A DNA stretch of 64,000 bases from NCBI RefSeq assembly GCF_001194135.2, contig NC_068996.1, positions 2,668,190 through 2,732,189 of the forward strand. The letters are read 5' to 3'. Positions 12,746 through 24,937 of the stretch are shown here, piece after piece (position 1 is the stretch's first letter; every line of letters starts with the position of its first letter). Source of the DNA: Octopus bimaculoides. Its lineage: Eukaryota. The notes beneath the pieces were generated by a model. That model did not search any database, was not told the origin of the DNA, and saw nothing but the letters and a program-made list of their open reading frames with translations. A program made the position numbers and the translations under genes.

Positions 12746-13321
12746 GCTGAGTTTATACTTATGCTATGATTATTGTATGCTGTATGGATTATTATTGCTG
12801 TTACTTTGAAGTACAGAATGAAAATTGCAAAATTTATTGTTGCGCAAATGATAGGTGTATTATGCAAAATTGGTCACACAGCTTGATTTTAATGATTGCT
12901 TTTGAGCATACACTGTATTTGTTTGTTCTTTACCTTTTTCTTTTTCATATTATTGTTTTTGCAGGTTTAGATTTTATCTTATTGTCTTCTGTATCAGCAT
13001 AACCTATCAACACTAGTTTCCTTACAACATTACGACTATCTGGTAAAACAGCTTGTATTTCAACTACAATATTAAGTGTTAGTTATCACTAATGACAAAG
13101 GAAACGAAAACACTAAATCCATACCTATTTCACTATGTTCACTTATATTTTGTAAGAGAATAATACACTTTATTGAGTTTCAAAGTCATTCACCGTACAT
13201 TTACGACATGTTTACTGATAATTTAGATTCCACTGTTACAAAATTTGTTGTAGGTATACTATTGATATTAGTACCATTTATTTTGATGCTTTATGCTACA
13301 CCAATGAAGTTTGGAAATAAG
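12746..13321 (+). pseudogene. Possible decayed three-exon fragment of a membrane-protein gene (12746-12854, 12965-13042, 13254-13321)
   Basis: Strong acceptors tctctctctccag and tgtttttgcag; GT donors; phases join consistently into a hydrophobic 85-codon frame containing 2 stops. Confidence 0.25.
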
Positions 13322-13959
13322 GTAAAAGTGAATGAAACAGTATGCAAAGTTTCAAAGAGACTACAGTGACTCTGCCATGACACAATAATGGTTTCTGTTT
13401 AAACACAGTCTTAGACTTAGTCAAATGCCAAACAAGTACAACTAAGAAATGAATAATATGAATTTCACATTCTCTCTGCCACCACATGTGCATATTGGAG
13501 GTGAGAAATATTTAAGTATCAGGAGCGACTTATAAACACAAGAGCTATGTAACATATCAATCTCAAGAAAAAGATGAGTCAGTTATTTTACTAATTCATA
13601 GGTATGTAATTTATATTAGAATTACCATTTCGTTCTTAAAGTTTAAACCATTCTTTATATATTACTTTTTAAAGACTTTATCAGTGAATGGTCTCAAATT
13701 TTAATGGGGCAAAATTTGTTTGCTGTTTGGAGGTGACTAGATCTTGTGTGTGAATGAGAGAAATATTGTGATCTGGTACTCATGTTTGTTTACAATTGTG
13801 AAAAAGCTGTGTCCAGACTGTTATATAAATGGATTCACTTGTATTCTTACATCATAATCACATGATGTAACAAAGGTGACTAGGTTGTACAAACATGAAA
13901 TAAAACTGTGTGTATATACACACACATATGTACGTACATAACACACTGCCTAAATACCA

Positions 13960-14290
13960 ATCTTGAGAAATTAAGCTTCTCAAACCCAGAAAGGAGAAAG
14001 CAAATCCAAAGACCACAGATCCAATCCATCACTGGAACTGTAAAAATCTGTAAAACTTTCCAGGAGTGTATCATTTAAATATATATGAGCATAACTAGAT
14101 ATGCAATTATATGCATGAGAATGCATACATAAAGCAAGACATACAAATCCGCACGTTTACATACATACAAACAAGCAAAAATGCCCTGTTGTTGATGTTG
14201 AATTTCCAGTGGAGGAGTCTTGGATCTAGGTTAGAAACCACTTCTTTCTCTATTGGCAAAAAATCTTGAAATAAAACTGAACAATAACAT
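13960..14290 (+). mobile_element. Possible 3' fragment of an RLE-type LINE plus a microsatellite-flanking repeat
   Basis: Peptide IQSITGTVKICKTF resembles RLE-LINE C-termini; runs into (AT)n and a gap. Confidence 0.35.
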
Positions 14291-14305
14291 ACATACATGT
14301 GTATG

Positions 14306-14352
<47 letters not shown>

Positions 14353-15169
14353 NNNNNNNNNNNNNNNNNNNNNNNNNNNNNNNNNNNNNNNNNNNNNNNN
14401 NNNNNNNNNNNNNNNNNNNNNNNNNNNNNNNNNNNNNNNNNNNNNNNNNNNNNNNNNNNNNNNNNNNNNNNNNNNNNNNNNNNNNNNNNNNNNNNNNNNN
14501 NNNNNNNNNNNNNNNNNNNNNNNNNNNNNNNNNNNNNNNNNNNNNNNNNNNNNNNNNNNNNNNNNNNNNNNNNNNNNNNNNNNNNNNNNNNNNNNNNNNN
14601 NNNNNNNNNNNNNNNNNNNNNNNNNNNNNNNNNNNNNNNNNNNNNNNNNNNNNNNNNNNNNNNNNNNNNNNNNNNNNNNNNNNNNNNNNNNNNNNNNNNN
14701 NNNNNNNNNNNNNNNNNNNNNNNNNNNNNNNNNNNNNNNNNNNNNNNNNNNNNNNNNNNNNNNNNNNNNNNNNNNNNNNNNNNNNNNNNNNNNNNNNNNN
14801 NNNNNNNNNNNNNNNNNNNNNNNNNNNNNNNNNNNNNNNNNNNNNNNNNNNNNNNNNNNNNNNNNNNNNNNNNNNNNNNNNNNNNNNNNNNNNNNNNTTC
14901 TGGTGGAGGTGGTGGAGGGGCTCATCTTTACATTTGTGTGTGATTTTACTTTTCAGGTCTCTTTATTTTTTTCTTTCTGCCCATTTTTTTTTTTTTTTTT
15001 CCTTAGATATCTCTAACATTGTTTTAGGTCTAGTGGATATGGTAGCTGTTTCATTCATTGTCATGTGAAAATACTTTTTTCTCTCTCTGCTCTCATGCAT
15101 TATCATCATCATCATCATTATCACTATTGTCGTTGTCAGCATCATTGTCACCATGATTATTATTATTGA

Positions 15170-15385
15170 AGTTGTGAGCTGGCAGAATCATTAGCACATC
15201 GGACAAAATGCTTAGCAGCATTTCTTTTGACTTGTTATGTTCTAAGTTCAAATTCCACTGAAGTTGACTTTGCATTTCATCCTTTCAGGGTCAGTAAAAT
15301 ACCTACTGGGATTCGTGTAATGAACTAATTCCTTCCCCAACAAAAAAATTGCAGGCCTTGCACCAAAATTTGAAACCATTTATTA
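15170..15385 (+). mobile_element. SINE family A
   Basis: gagctggcagaatcattagcac..aaatgcttagc..gttcaaattcc..gactttgcatttcatcctttcaggg; (ATT)n tail. Confidence 0.85.
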
Positions 15386-15634
15386 TTATTATTATTGTTG
15401 TTGTTGTTGTTGTTGTTGTTTATTGTCATTGTTATTTTTGTTGTCTTGTTTTTGTGTGTGTGTTTGTGGTTGCTGGGTACGGGAAGTATGATTAGATTTG
15501 ATATTAATTTAAGTATTTCTCTTTAATATCTTCTATTTCTTTTTCACGTGCCAGATAGCCTTATGGTACATGATTTTCACTCTTTGAAGTTACAACTCTT
15601 TAAAACAAAAATAATAATAAAAGAAAGAAATTAG

Positions 15635-15666
<32 letters not shown>

Positions 15667-16428
15667 GTTACTCATGTTGATTTCAATGCCTGAGTGTTTG
15701 AACGAAAATGTTTAAAATATATAAATAAAAAGAGAGGATTAAAAAAGAATCTGCATCTATATGTGATGGATGCTTGGATGTAATTTGAGTCCAGGTATAA
15801 CATTAATAGAATAATCACATGAACAATAGTAATACTAATCATAGTGATAACAATGATGAATAAAATATATTTTGTTTTTCTTGTCATATGTCACACATAA
15901 TCTCTAATTAGATTGTTAGTAGAGAATGTGTACTTTTCATCATCTCTGCGCTTGCTATAACTGGATTGTTTATGTACTATTATTACTGTTGGTTTCCACT
16001 CAGTGCCATTCACTGAAAAGATAGCTAATCTGAAAGAAGCAGCAGTTATAAAATCAGCATGTTGTTTTGTGTTTTCTTTATTACCCTAGTGGCATACTCA
16101 TGTGGGTGAAAGGTTCCAATCCACTGCATGGCACCTTAAGAAAGTGCCCTCAATTTTATTCTCTAGTTGACCAATTCTAAGTGTAATGTGGAAGATACAA
16201 AACGTGTGGAAGATAAAAAACATGTGGAAGCATGTGTGAATGTGCATGCATACATAAATAGATACGCACACATACGTACATGTTAGTATATATAATATTC
16301 TGACCTGGTAATTGGTTTGCATACAATCATGAGAGAGCCCAGTGTCAGATACAGTGTGTTGTATATCTGGATTTACTGATGTTCTTACATGCTGCCCCCA
16401 TGCTGAACCAATTATGTATGTATCTATT

Positions 16429-16467
<39 letters not shown>

Positions 16468-17859
16468 ATACATATGTCTGTATGTTTGTATATATGTATG
16501 TATTTTTATCTTTGGCAAGAACTTAAGTGTACCCTCTATTGTGTAGTAGTTAGTTTTGTAGATGGGCTGCTTTTGTATCCCCAGAATGCATGAAGAGGGG
16601 AAGGTGGAAACCTAAAGCAGCTGGAGATGGAACTGCTTTCATTGTACAGTTTGGGTTGAGTTAGCTACCAAAGGAAGTAAGAATCGTAAAAGATGCTGGG
16701 TCTCGATTGTCAAGTTTGTTGATACACTGCTTGTAGAGTAAGTAAACCTTGAGTTAATATAATCATTGTAGTTTAGTTTTTATACTGATATTTCTACAAC
16801 ATTAATGAGTAATAGAAATAGAACGATATTTTCTTGGATATATTTTTGTTCTAAATTTCTATATATGTATCTAAGAAATCTGGTGAACTGCATGACTGCC
16901 AGTTGGATGGCATTTTCATATTTCTTTAATTACTGTGTGTGTGTATATATATACACATATGTATACTTAATATGTATTGGTGTGTCATATATATGCACTT
17001 ACATCTGGCTCAGTCCAACTTCCAAGCACCTACAGCAAGTGTTTTCCACTATGGTCTTAGGTAAACCAAAGTTGAGATTTTGTAAATAGAAATTGATAAA
17101 AGCCATCATACATACATAATACATACATACATATATATAGTAGAAACAACATGCACTGAGGAATTCCTAACATAGATCCAGTGAGGATTGTGCAATTACT
17201 GTGGATGGCGCCAGGTGAAAGTGCTTTGTCAGCATATTACTGGAGACGTACCCAACAAGCAGAGTTTAAATTCAAATTTAAACTTGAATTCTAAATAACA
17301 TATTTATATAATGTGGATGGCTAATTCACAATTTCACAACTGAAAGGCAGAAATGTATACATCACTAAACTGACAAAAGACTCTAATCAGCACAGTATTC
17401 TGTGGCTATGAATTGTTTTGACTCTTGTTTCTAGCAATACTGATGCTTCATTAGTGCCCCTTTGTCACTTTTGTGATGCATATATATATATATGTAGCAT
17501 TCCATATATGTTATTTAACAAGGGTTTTGGAAAGCATCCTGTGTAGATGTATAGTGCTAAAAAAGAGTAGAATTATATCAGTAGCTGGTGCAAAGCAACT
17601 AGCTGTGGCAGTGGAGTTTCTAAATCCAGATTTCAGCTTCTTTCAGTGTCATCAATAGCAAGTATCCACTGGCAACTGCATGCTTGGATAAATTCGGCTT
17701 CTGCTGAAATACACAGCAAGTGCTTAACAAATTTCTGGTGTCACAAGTAGCTGCCAAGCGTGATAAAAATTCAGTTATAGAAACAGTGTTTAGTGTGTGT
17801 GTAATATTTGTGTGCACTGCATATTAGTGATAGAGTATTACTGACAAACTTGATTACAA

Positions 17860-18660
17860 AAACGACCACATGTAACAAACAGAAGAAAAGCATTCAGTTG
17901 TATAGGTTATAGCCAATGTATAGTTGTAGACAATGAGAGTTTTGTAAAGAAGCACTCTACAACCAAAGTGAATGGAGTCTGTGAGAGAGGACGATCAAGA
18001 AAGTTTTAGAGTTGTGAAGACTGATCTGAAGATGTTGTATCTCACAAGGGAGATGACAAAGGATCATGCCTGTTGGGGATGTGCAATTCTGGAGAGGACC
18101 CAACTATGGAGAAGATCTTGCTAGCTGAGCATGTTTGGGGAATTGAATTGTTTTAAATGTTTGTCATAACAAAGGCTGAGTGGCATGGGTGAGCAATATG
18201 CTGTGCTTGAGAAGACCTGAGTTGAGTTGAGTGAAATTGTTGTCAAGGCCGATGCCAGTACCTACTGACTGGCCCCTGTGCTGGTGGCATGTAAGAGGCA
18301 TCATTCGAGTGTGATTGATGCCAATGCCACCGGACTGGCTTTTGTACTGGTGGCATGTGAAAAGCACCATATGAATGTGGTCAAGGCCAGTGCTACTTGA
18401 CTGGTTCCCATGTCGGTGGTATGCAAAAATCACCATTCAAGCCTAGTCGATGCCAGTGACACCTGCCTGGCTCCCATGCTGGTGGCATGTAATAAGCACC
18501 CACTACACTCTTGGTTGGTGTTAGGAAGGGTATCCAGCTGTAGAACTCTGCTAATTCAGACTGGAGCCTGCTGCAGCTCTCCAGCCTTGCCAGTCCTCAA
18601 TCAAACCATCCAACCCATGCCAGCATAGAAAGCAGACGTTAAATGATGATGATGATGATA
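17860..18660 (+). mobile_element. RTE-clade LINE 3' end with long 3' UTR containing about 66-bp tandem units and a (GAT)n tail
   Basis: Degenerate ORF end (VNGVCERGRSRK..VVKTDLKML); four tandem units at about 18245-18510; tail shared with the 22.7 kb copy. Confidence 0.75.
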
Positions 18661-18739
18661 CACACACATTTTTATACGTGTGACATCTAAAGTGTACCAA
18701 GTTATAATGCTTTCTTCCTTGTTTTATGGAGCTGATACT

Positions 18740-19090
18740 TGAACAGTCTACGAAGCTCAAGTAGACAAGCTATGTACATGTATGATGAGACATTTGCGAC
18801 AAATCATGGCAAGGTCAGCAATGAAATGATCCTTCTGGTGTGGCTGTCTGCCTCCTGTGATGGAAATCTTCATAGATAGAAATTTACATTGGTAGGGTCA
18901 CACACACAGGATGGACAACAACAGACTCCCTAACTAAATCCGTTACAAGGGAAAAAGAAACCATGCAAGACCTAGGCTGAGGTCTTCAAAGATGCTGCAA
19001 AAAAGGAATATGAAATGGAAAGGAATTGATCATAATAAATGGCAAACTCAAGCAAAGAAACAAACAGTATGGAAAAAGCTAATCAAGTCA
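18740..19090 (+). mobile_element. RTE (BovB-like) LINE 3' ORF fragment
   Basis: TVYEAQVDKL..MMRHLRQIM, KRNHARPRL and KRNMKWKGIDHNKWQTQAK. Confidence 0.75.
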
Positions 19091-19137
19091 TACCAAGCCA
19101 TGAACAGTCATAGCTGAATATATATATATATATATAC

Positions 19138-19272
19138 ACGTTTGTGTTTGTCCTCTCCACTGCTTGACAACCAGTGTTGGTTTGTTTACATAGCCATAAC
19201 TTAGTTTAGCAAAAGATATCAGTAGTACTGGCAGAGTCATCAAGTTCATCTTATGTAATTGTGAGTGGGGGG

Positions 19273-19325
<53 letters not shown>

Positions 19326-19625
19326 TATGCCTGTTTTGATGGCTGTGATTGAGTGTTACTGTCATGCAGGTGCTGTTGTTCATTTCCAGTGTTTCCTGAA
19401 AACTGAGTCTGGCCATGTGAAACATTACCTTACTCTCTTATTTGTTTCAGTCATTTGATTGCTGCCATACTGGAGCACCACCTTTTAATTGGACAATTCG
19501 ACCCCAGGACTTGTTCTTTGTAAGCCTAGTACTTATTCTATCAGTCTCTTTTGCCAGACAGCTAAGTTACAGGAACGTAAACACACCAACATCAGTTGTC
19601 AAGCGATGGTGGAAGGACAAACACA
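19138..19625. mobile_element. Two inverted fragments of SINE family B (19138-19215 on +; about 19340-19625 on -)
   Basis: gtgtttgtcc..cttgacaaccagtgttggtttgtttac is the reverse complement of gtaaacacaccaacatcagttgtcaag..ggacaaacac; both match the copy at 42582. Confidence 0.8.
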
Positions 19626-19954
19626 GACACACAAATACACACACACACACACACACACACACACCATCATCATCATCATCATTTAACATCCGTGTTCCAT
19701 GCAAGCATGGGTGGGACAGTACCACAAGAGCCACCCAGGCCAAAGCCTACACCAGACTTCTGTAACTGTTTTGGCAGGATTTTTACTGCTGGATGCCCTT
19801 CCTAACACCAACCATTCAGCAGAGTGGACTTAGTGCTTTTTATGTGGCACAAGTAGAGGTGAGGATTTTACTGCTGGATACCCTTCCAAACACCAACCAC
19901 TTTACAGTAAGGACTGGGTACTTTTAAGTGGAACCTGCTTTGACATGGTAATGA

Positions 19955-20115
19955 CAGGCTTCTTTCAGTTTTCATCTACCTCATCCACTCGCAAGGCTTT
20001 GGTTGGTGTGAGGCTATAATAGGAGACATTTGCCCAAGGTACCATGTAGTGGGACTGAACCTAAAACCATGTTGTTGGGAAGTAACCTTCTTACCACACA
20101 ACCACTCTTGCACCT
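19955..20115 (-). mobile_element. SINE family B tRNA-like head and CORE-like segment
   Basis: Reverse complement gives A/B-box-like head, ccttgggcaaatgtctcc and gaaaactgaaagaagcc, as in the copy at 42582. Confidence 0.75.
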
Positions 20116-20134
20116 TGGTAATATCTCTGGGAAG

Positions 20135-20322
20135 TGTGGCGAGCTGGCAGAATCGTTAGCATGCTAGGCAAAATGCTTAGTGGTATTTTGTCTGCCATTA
20201 CATTCTGAGTTCAAATAACGTCAAGGTCAACTTTGCCTTTAATCCTTTTGGGGTTTATTAAATTAGTACCAGTTATGCACTGGGGTCGGTGTAATCTGTC
20301 CTTGTGGGTAATAAAGAAATAA
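20135..20322 (+). mobile_element. SINE family A
   Basis: ggcgagctggcagaatcgttagcatgc..gagttcaaat..ctttgcctttaatccttttgggg..tgtgggtaataaagaaat. Confidence 0.85.
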
Positions 20323-20649
20323 ATATTTCTAGGAAGCACAGTCAGGTGTAGAAAAACTGCCACAACAAATTTCATCTGAGCCATGTAAGCATAGAAGAGT
20401 GGAAATTAAAATAAGAATAACGATGATAATATGTATTGTTTGTGCATATATGTTTTCCTCTCTCCATCCAGAGACCTTTTCAACATCCAAGATACAAGAC
20501 TTTATCTCTGTCCTCATGAGCATGAATAAATTTTGACAGAGTGATCAAGAGCTTCCTAGCAGCAACATTCAGCGCTAGTTCTTTATGACCATTATTCCTT
20601 CATTACATTTCTGGCTTTTCTTTTATTTTCTTACATTTCTATTTTCCAT

Positions 20650-21080
20650 CTAAATTATAAACGCATTCCCCTACACCTTTCTCTCCCTCATTCTCCTTAT
20701 CATAGTCCTCTGTCTCTCTCCATCTCCTACATATCTACCATATGATGCTTCAGGCTGCTATATATTTGAGTTTACAAGAGATTTTATTGTGGGACGGCCA
20801 AGTTATACTAAGGGACATAACTCTGACTTTGAATGCCTTGGTGCATTTGTACATATTTTAACCTAAGCATGTCTCCCTTGTTCCTTTGTTCCTGTTTGGC
20901 AGAAGACTAGCAGCTTATTTTTACCATTGTCCTTCTCCCTTATCTCATGACTATTCTTATATTGTTTGGAGCAATACCCTGGTTATACTTTGGTTATACT
21001 TTTACCAGTCAACCATGTCTAATGGTTATTTAATCTTCTTTGATTCCACATGACTTCAACCAGTAACTTTGGTTGAAAAC
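20650..21080 (+). mobile_element. Probable Penelope-like element fragment (region before GIY-YIG)
   Basis: Pyrimidine-rich, Cys-containing degenerate frames of the same style as the 33.3 and 60.6 kb fragments; weak similarity only. Confidence 0.35.
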
Positions 21081-21399
21081 AGTTTTTAGTTTATAGTATT
21101 GTATTAAAACTATACCCTATATCCTCCCTAATTATATATGATATGCTTTTTTGTTCTGACTAAAAAACTACATGTGTGTGTGTGTGTGTGTGTGTGTATG
21201 TATACACACACACACACACTCATTCATTCATTGTATCCATAAAGTCATGGTGGAATTTCAAAACTATTTAATGATGTAACTTGCAACACTACACATTTCG
21301 TATCCCTGTTGAATAAGACACCAACTAATAAAGTTTACATACAGTTTAGAGCAGTTCAATGTCACTTCCATTCTTTAAGCTACATACATTTAATTGATA

Positions 21400-22748
21400 C
21401 CCTAGTTCTTGTCACACTTGGCTTTATGGACATATATTTGTATGTATATACATACGTAGAAAAGGTGCTCGATCTGTAGAATAGGCGTAGGTTGAAACTC
21501 CATAAGTTGTACCCAGTGTAAGCTATGAACACATAAGAGGTGCAGCAATATCAAAGGAAGGCTAACTGGGAACATAGTTTTTGTGTGTGGCAGATGCTCA
21601 GGAGCAATAAACACTGAAAATGTGCAGAAAACAACTTCTGTCACATTCCAGGAAGAAAAACTAGATGTAGTTGATAGCTTCCGCTATCTAGGTGACCAAG
21701 TTAGTAGTGGGGGAGGGTGCACTGAAAGTGTAGCTGCTAGAATAAGAATAGCCTGGGCAAAGTTCAGAGAGCGCCTACCTCTGCTGGTGACAAAGGGACT
21801 CTCACTCAGAGTAAAAGGCAGACTGTATGACGCATGTGTACGAACAGCCATGCTACATGGCAGTGAAACATGGGCCGTGACTGCTGAGGGCATGCATAAG
21901 CTCGAAAGGAATGAAGCCAGTATGCTCCGATGGATGTGTAATGTCAGTGTGCATACTCAACAGAGTGTATCTTGAGAGAAATTTTAGACCTAAAAAGCAT
22001 CAGTTGTGGTGTGCAACAGAGACGATTGCTCTGGTATGGTCACGTGGCGAGAGTGGATGAGGATAGCTGTGCGAAAAAGTGCCACACACTAGCGGTTGAG
22101 GGAACCTGTGGAAGAGGTAGACCCAGGAAGACCTGAGATGAGATGGTGAAGCACAACCTTCGAACTTTAGGCCTCACCGAGGCAATGACTAGTGACCGGG
22201 ACCTTTGGAAATATGCAGTGAGTGAGAAGACCCGGCAAGCCAAGTGAGACAATAATCTGTGGCCTCTGCCAGAAGTGTAGCCAGCTCACTTACTCATATA
22301 TTTACTTCATTGGACACTAAACACTGCTTGCGATGACCTGTTGAGACGAGTGAAATCGAAATTGAACCATATTCGATGACTGGCTCCTTTGCCAGTGGAG
22401 CACTAACAGCACTGTCCGACCGTGATCATTGCCAGAGCAGCTGTCTGGCTTCCATGCCAGTGGCATGTAAATACCACCATTTGAGCATGATCGTTACCAG
22501 CGTCACCTTGGTGGCACATTGGAAACCTTTCAAGTGAGGTTGTTGCCAGTGCCACTTGACTGGCCCTTGTGCCGGTGGCACGTAAAAGCACCTACTACAC
22601 TCTCAGAGTGGTTGGTGTTAGGAAGGGCATCCAGCTGTAGAAACTCTGCCAGATCAGATTGGAGCCTGGTGCAGCCATCCAGTTCACCAGTCCTTGGTCA
22701 AATCATCCAACTCATGCTAGCATGGAAAGCAGACGTTAAACGATGATG
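21400..22748 (+). mobile_element. 5'-truncated RTE (BovB-like) LINE with intact 3' UTR and (GAT)n tail; best-preserved LINE in the window
   Basis: ORF 21583-21975 (VDSFRYLGDQVSSGGG..RIRIAWAKFRE..KGRLYDACVRTAMLHGSETWAV), then WYGHVARVDE..GRGRPRKT; UTR with tandem units. Confidence 0.92.
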
Positions 22749-23132
22749 ATCATCATCATCATCAACGTCGTTGTTTAATATCCACTTTCCATACTGGCAT
22801 GGTTGGAGAAATATATATANNNNNNNNNNNNNNNNNNNNNNNNNNNNNNNNNNNNNNNNNNNNNNNNNNNNNNNNNNNNNNNNNNNNNNNNNNNNNNNNN
22901 NNNNNNNNNNNNNNNNNNNNNNNNNNNNNNNNNNNNNNNNNNNNNNNNNNNNNNNNNNNNNNNNNNNNNNNNNNNNNNNNNNNNNNNNNNNNNNNNNNNN
23001 NNNNNNNNNNNNNNNNNNNNNNNNNNNNNNNNNNNNNNNNNNNNNNNNNNNNNNNNNNNNNNNNNNNNNNNNNNNNNNNNNNNNNNNNNNNNNNNNNNNN
23101 NNNNNNNATATATATATATATATATATATATA

Positions 23133-23280
23133 CCAGAGTAAGCACATAAATGTGTAACCAGTTGGAAAAAAAGAGTACTCAAATACCAGAGGTAGAGTAA
23201 TATGCTTTATTTAAAAGCAGCAGAAATATAACAAAAAACTGTTACTCAGAGTTTCACGTTCTTGTTCATTGGACACCGAT
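23133..23280 (-). mobile_element. (AT)n-adjacent short repeat with a degenerate hammerhead-like core
   Basis: Minus strand of 23245-23276 reads gtcCAATGAacaagaacgtGAAACtctgag; begins directly at an (AT)n tract. Confidence 0.4.
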
Positions 23281-23955
23281 GAACTGAGCACTGAGCTTTA
23301 CAAAGGAGATGACTAAAAGTCAAGATACCTGATGCATTCCTATACTCAAGCAGGCTCATCCACAATGGTGCTGGTGTCACTTACAAAGCACTCAATTCAC
23401 TCTATGCAGTGGTTGGTGTCTGGAAGGGCTTCCAGCTGTAGAAACCATGTCAGAACAGACATTGGAGTTTGATGTGGTCTGCAGCCTTAGCAGTGGCCAA
23501 TCAAACCATCCAACCAATGCTAGCATGAAAGAAAAAATGTTAAGTGATGATGATGAGTGTGTGTACACACACACACACACTCACACTTACATATTTAATG
23601 TACATTTCTGTTAATGTCATGCTCCATATTTTGAATTCTTGTCTTAGTGTGTTTCTGGAATGTGGACCCCTGAGAATATATTTTTTCAATAAATCTTAGG
23701 GTTTATTCATTTGTGTATTAATTTATTGCTATACATTTCAATTGACATGTTTCTAGATTCTTTTTGTTTTTACCTATTCTTTTGTATTTTTGTCCTACCT
23801 TCTCTCAACACTTTTTTACATATTTATTTCTGCCAACACCAGTGTTCAACACTTCATCAATAAGCTATTTCTTTCTCTACACAACTCTCTCATTCCATTA
23901 TTAATTACTCTACCCATTCCCCTGCCAACAATGCATCCACTTATCTGCTAGAGTT

Positions 23956-24018
<63 letters not shown>

Positions 24019-24076
24019 NNNNNNNNNNNNNNNNNNNNNNNNNNNNNNNNNNNNNNNNNNNNNNNNNNNNNNNNNN

Positions 24077-24127
<51 letters not shown>

Positions 24128-24937
24128 ACTTCCACCTTTTTAATCAAACCTTATTACAACTCTGCCAGAACCTTCACCAACAACCCAACATTTTTTTGTA
24201 CTGCTTTGAAATTTGATATGTTTTCTACTAGTTCTTTGAAGACACCTGGAGTCATCTCAGGTTTAGAATACCCAATCAACATTTTGTTTCAAGCTTCAGT
24301 GTCTCCCTTTTGTGTGATGTCATTAAGACCAAGTGTTATGTATGTTTTCACACTTTTTATTAACGAAAGGAAATATCAATAATTACATATTAAGAGGATT
24401 TAATTTACCTATTCATAAATTTATAGCTACAGAACTTATTAATTTGTCTTTGTCTCTCTATCCCCTCTCTGTATCTCTCTCTCACTCTATCTCTATCTCT
24501 CTCTTTTATACTTGGGTATTACTTTCGTAATATATATCTTACCTTTGAATACAGGTATCTCATGTATTACAATTTTTGTATGCATATTATAAAACCTGTC
24601 ATCAATGAAGCTTTTCCAATAACATAATTTGCCTTGGAGCTTTGCAAACTGAAATTGCATCTTTTAGAATCACCATTATTCTTAACTGGAACCCATTCAG
24701 ACATATGTTACTGTTTCAGTTTGAAAAAGCAATAATTAATTTGTATTTGTATTTCTAATATCAATTTCCTTGGCTCATATATTTGTCTTGAACTGATAAT
24801 CTAATTTTTTTTATAAACAATTTTTGTAAGTGCAATTTAACAAGCATGAGATAATTTCAGTTCCTTTATACAGCACATATTTCATCACAGTAGAATCCTG
24901 AAGGCGAATCATAAATTGTATGACATTTGCTACTGCT

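Noticed and set aside
12399-13520. Single-exon GPCR pseudogene reading (LILMIAFEH, LVPFILM, NNMNF)
   Set aside because: The motifs are scattered over different frames, with pyrimidine tracts that fit introns better; no diagnostic DRY or NPxxY.
18245-18510. CRISPR-like periodic repeat
   Set aside because: Eukaryotic context; the units are contiguous degenerate tandem repeats without unique spacers and lie in a LINE 3' UTR.
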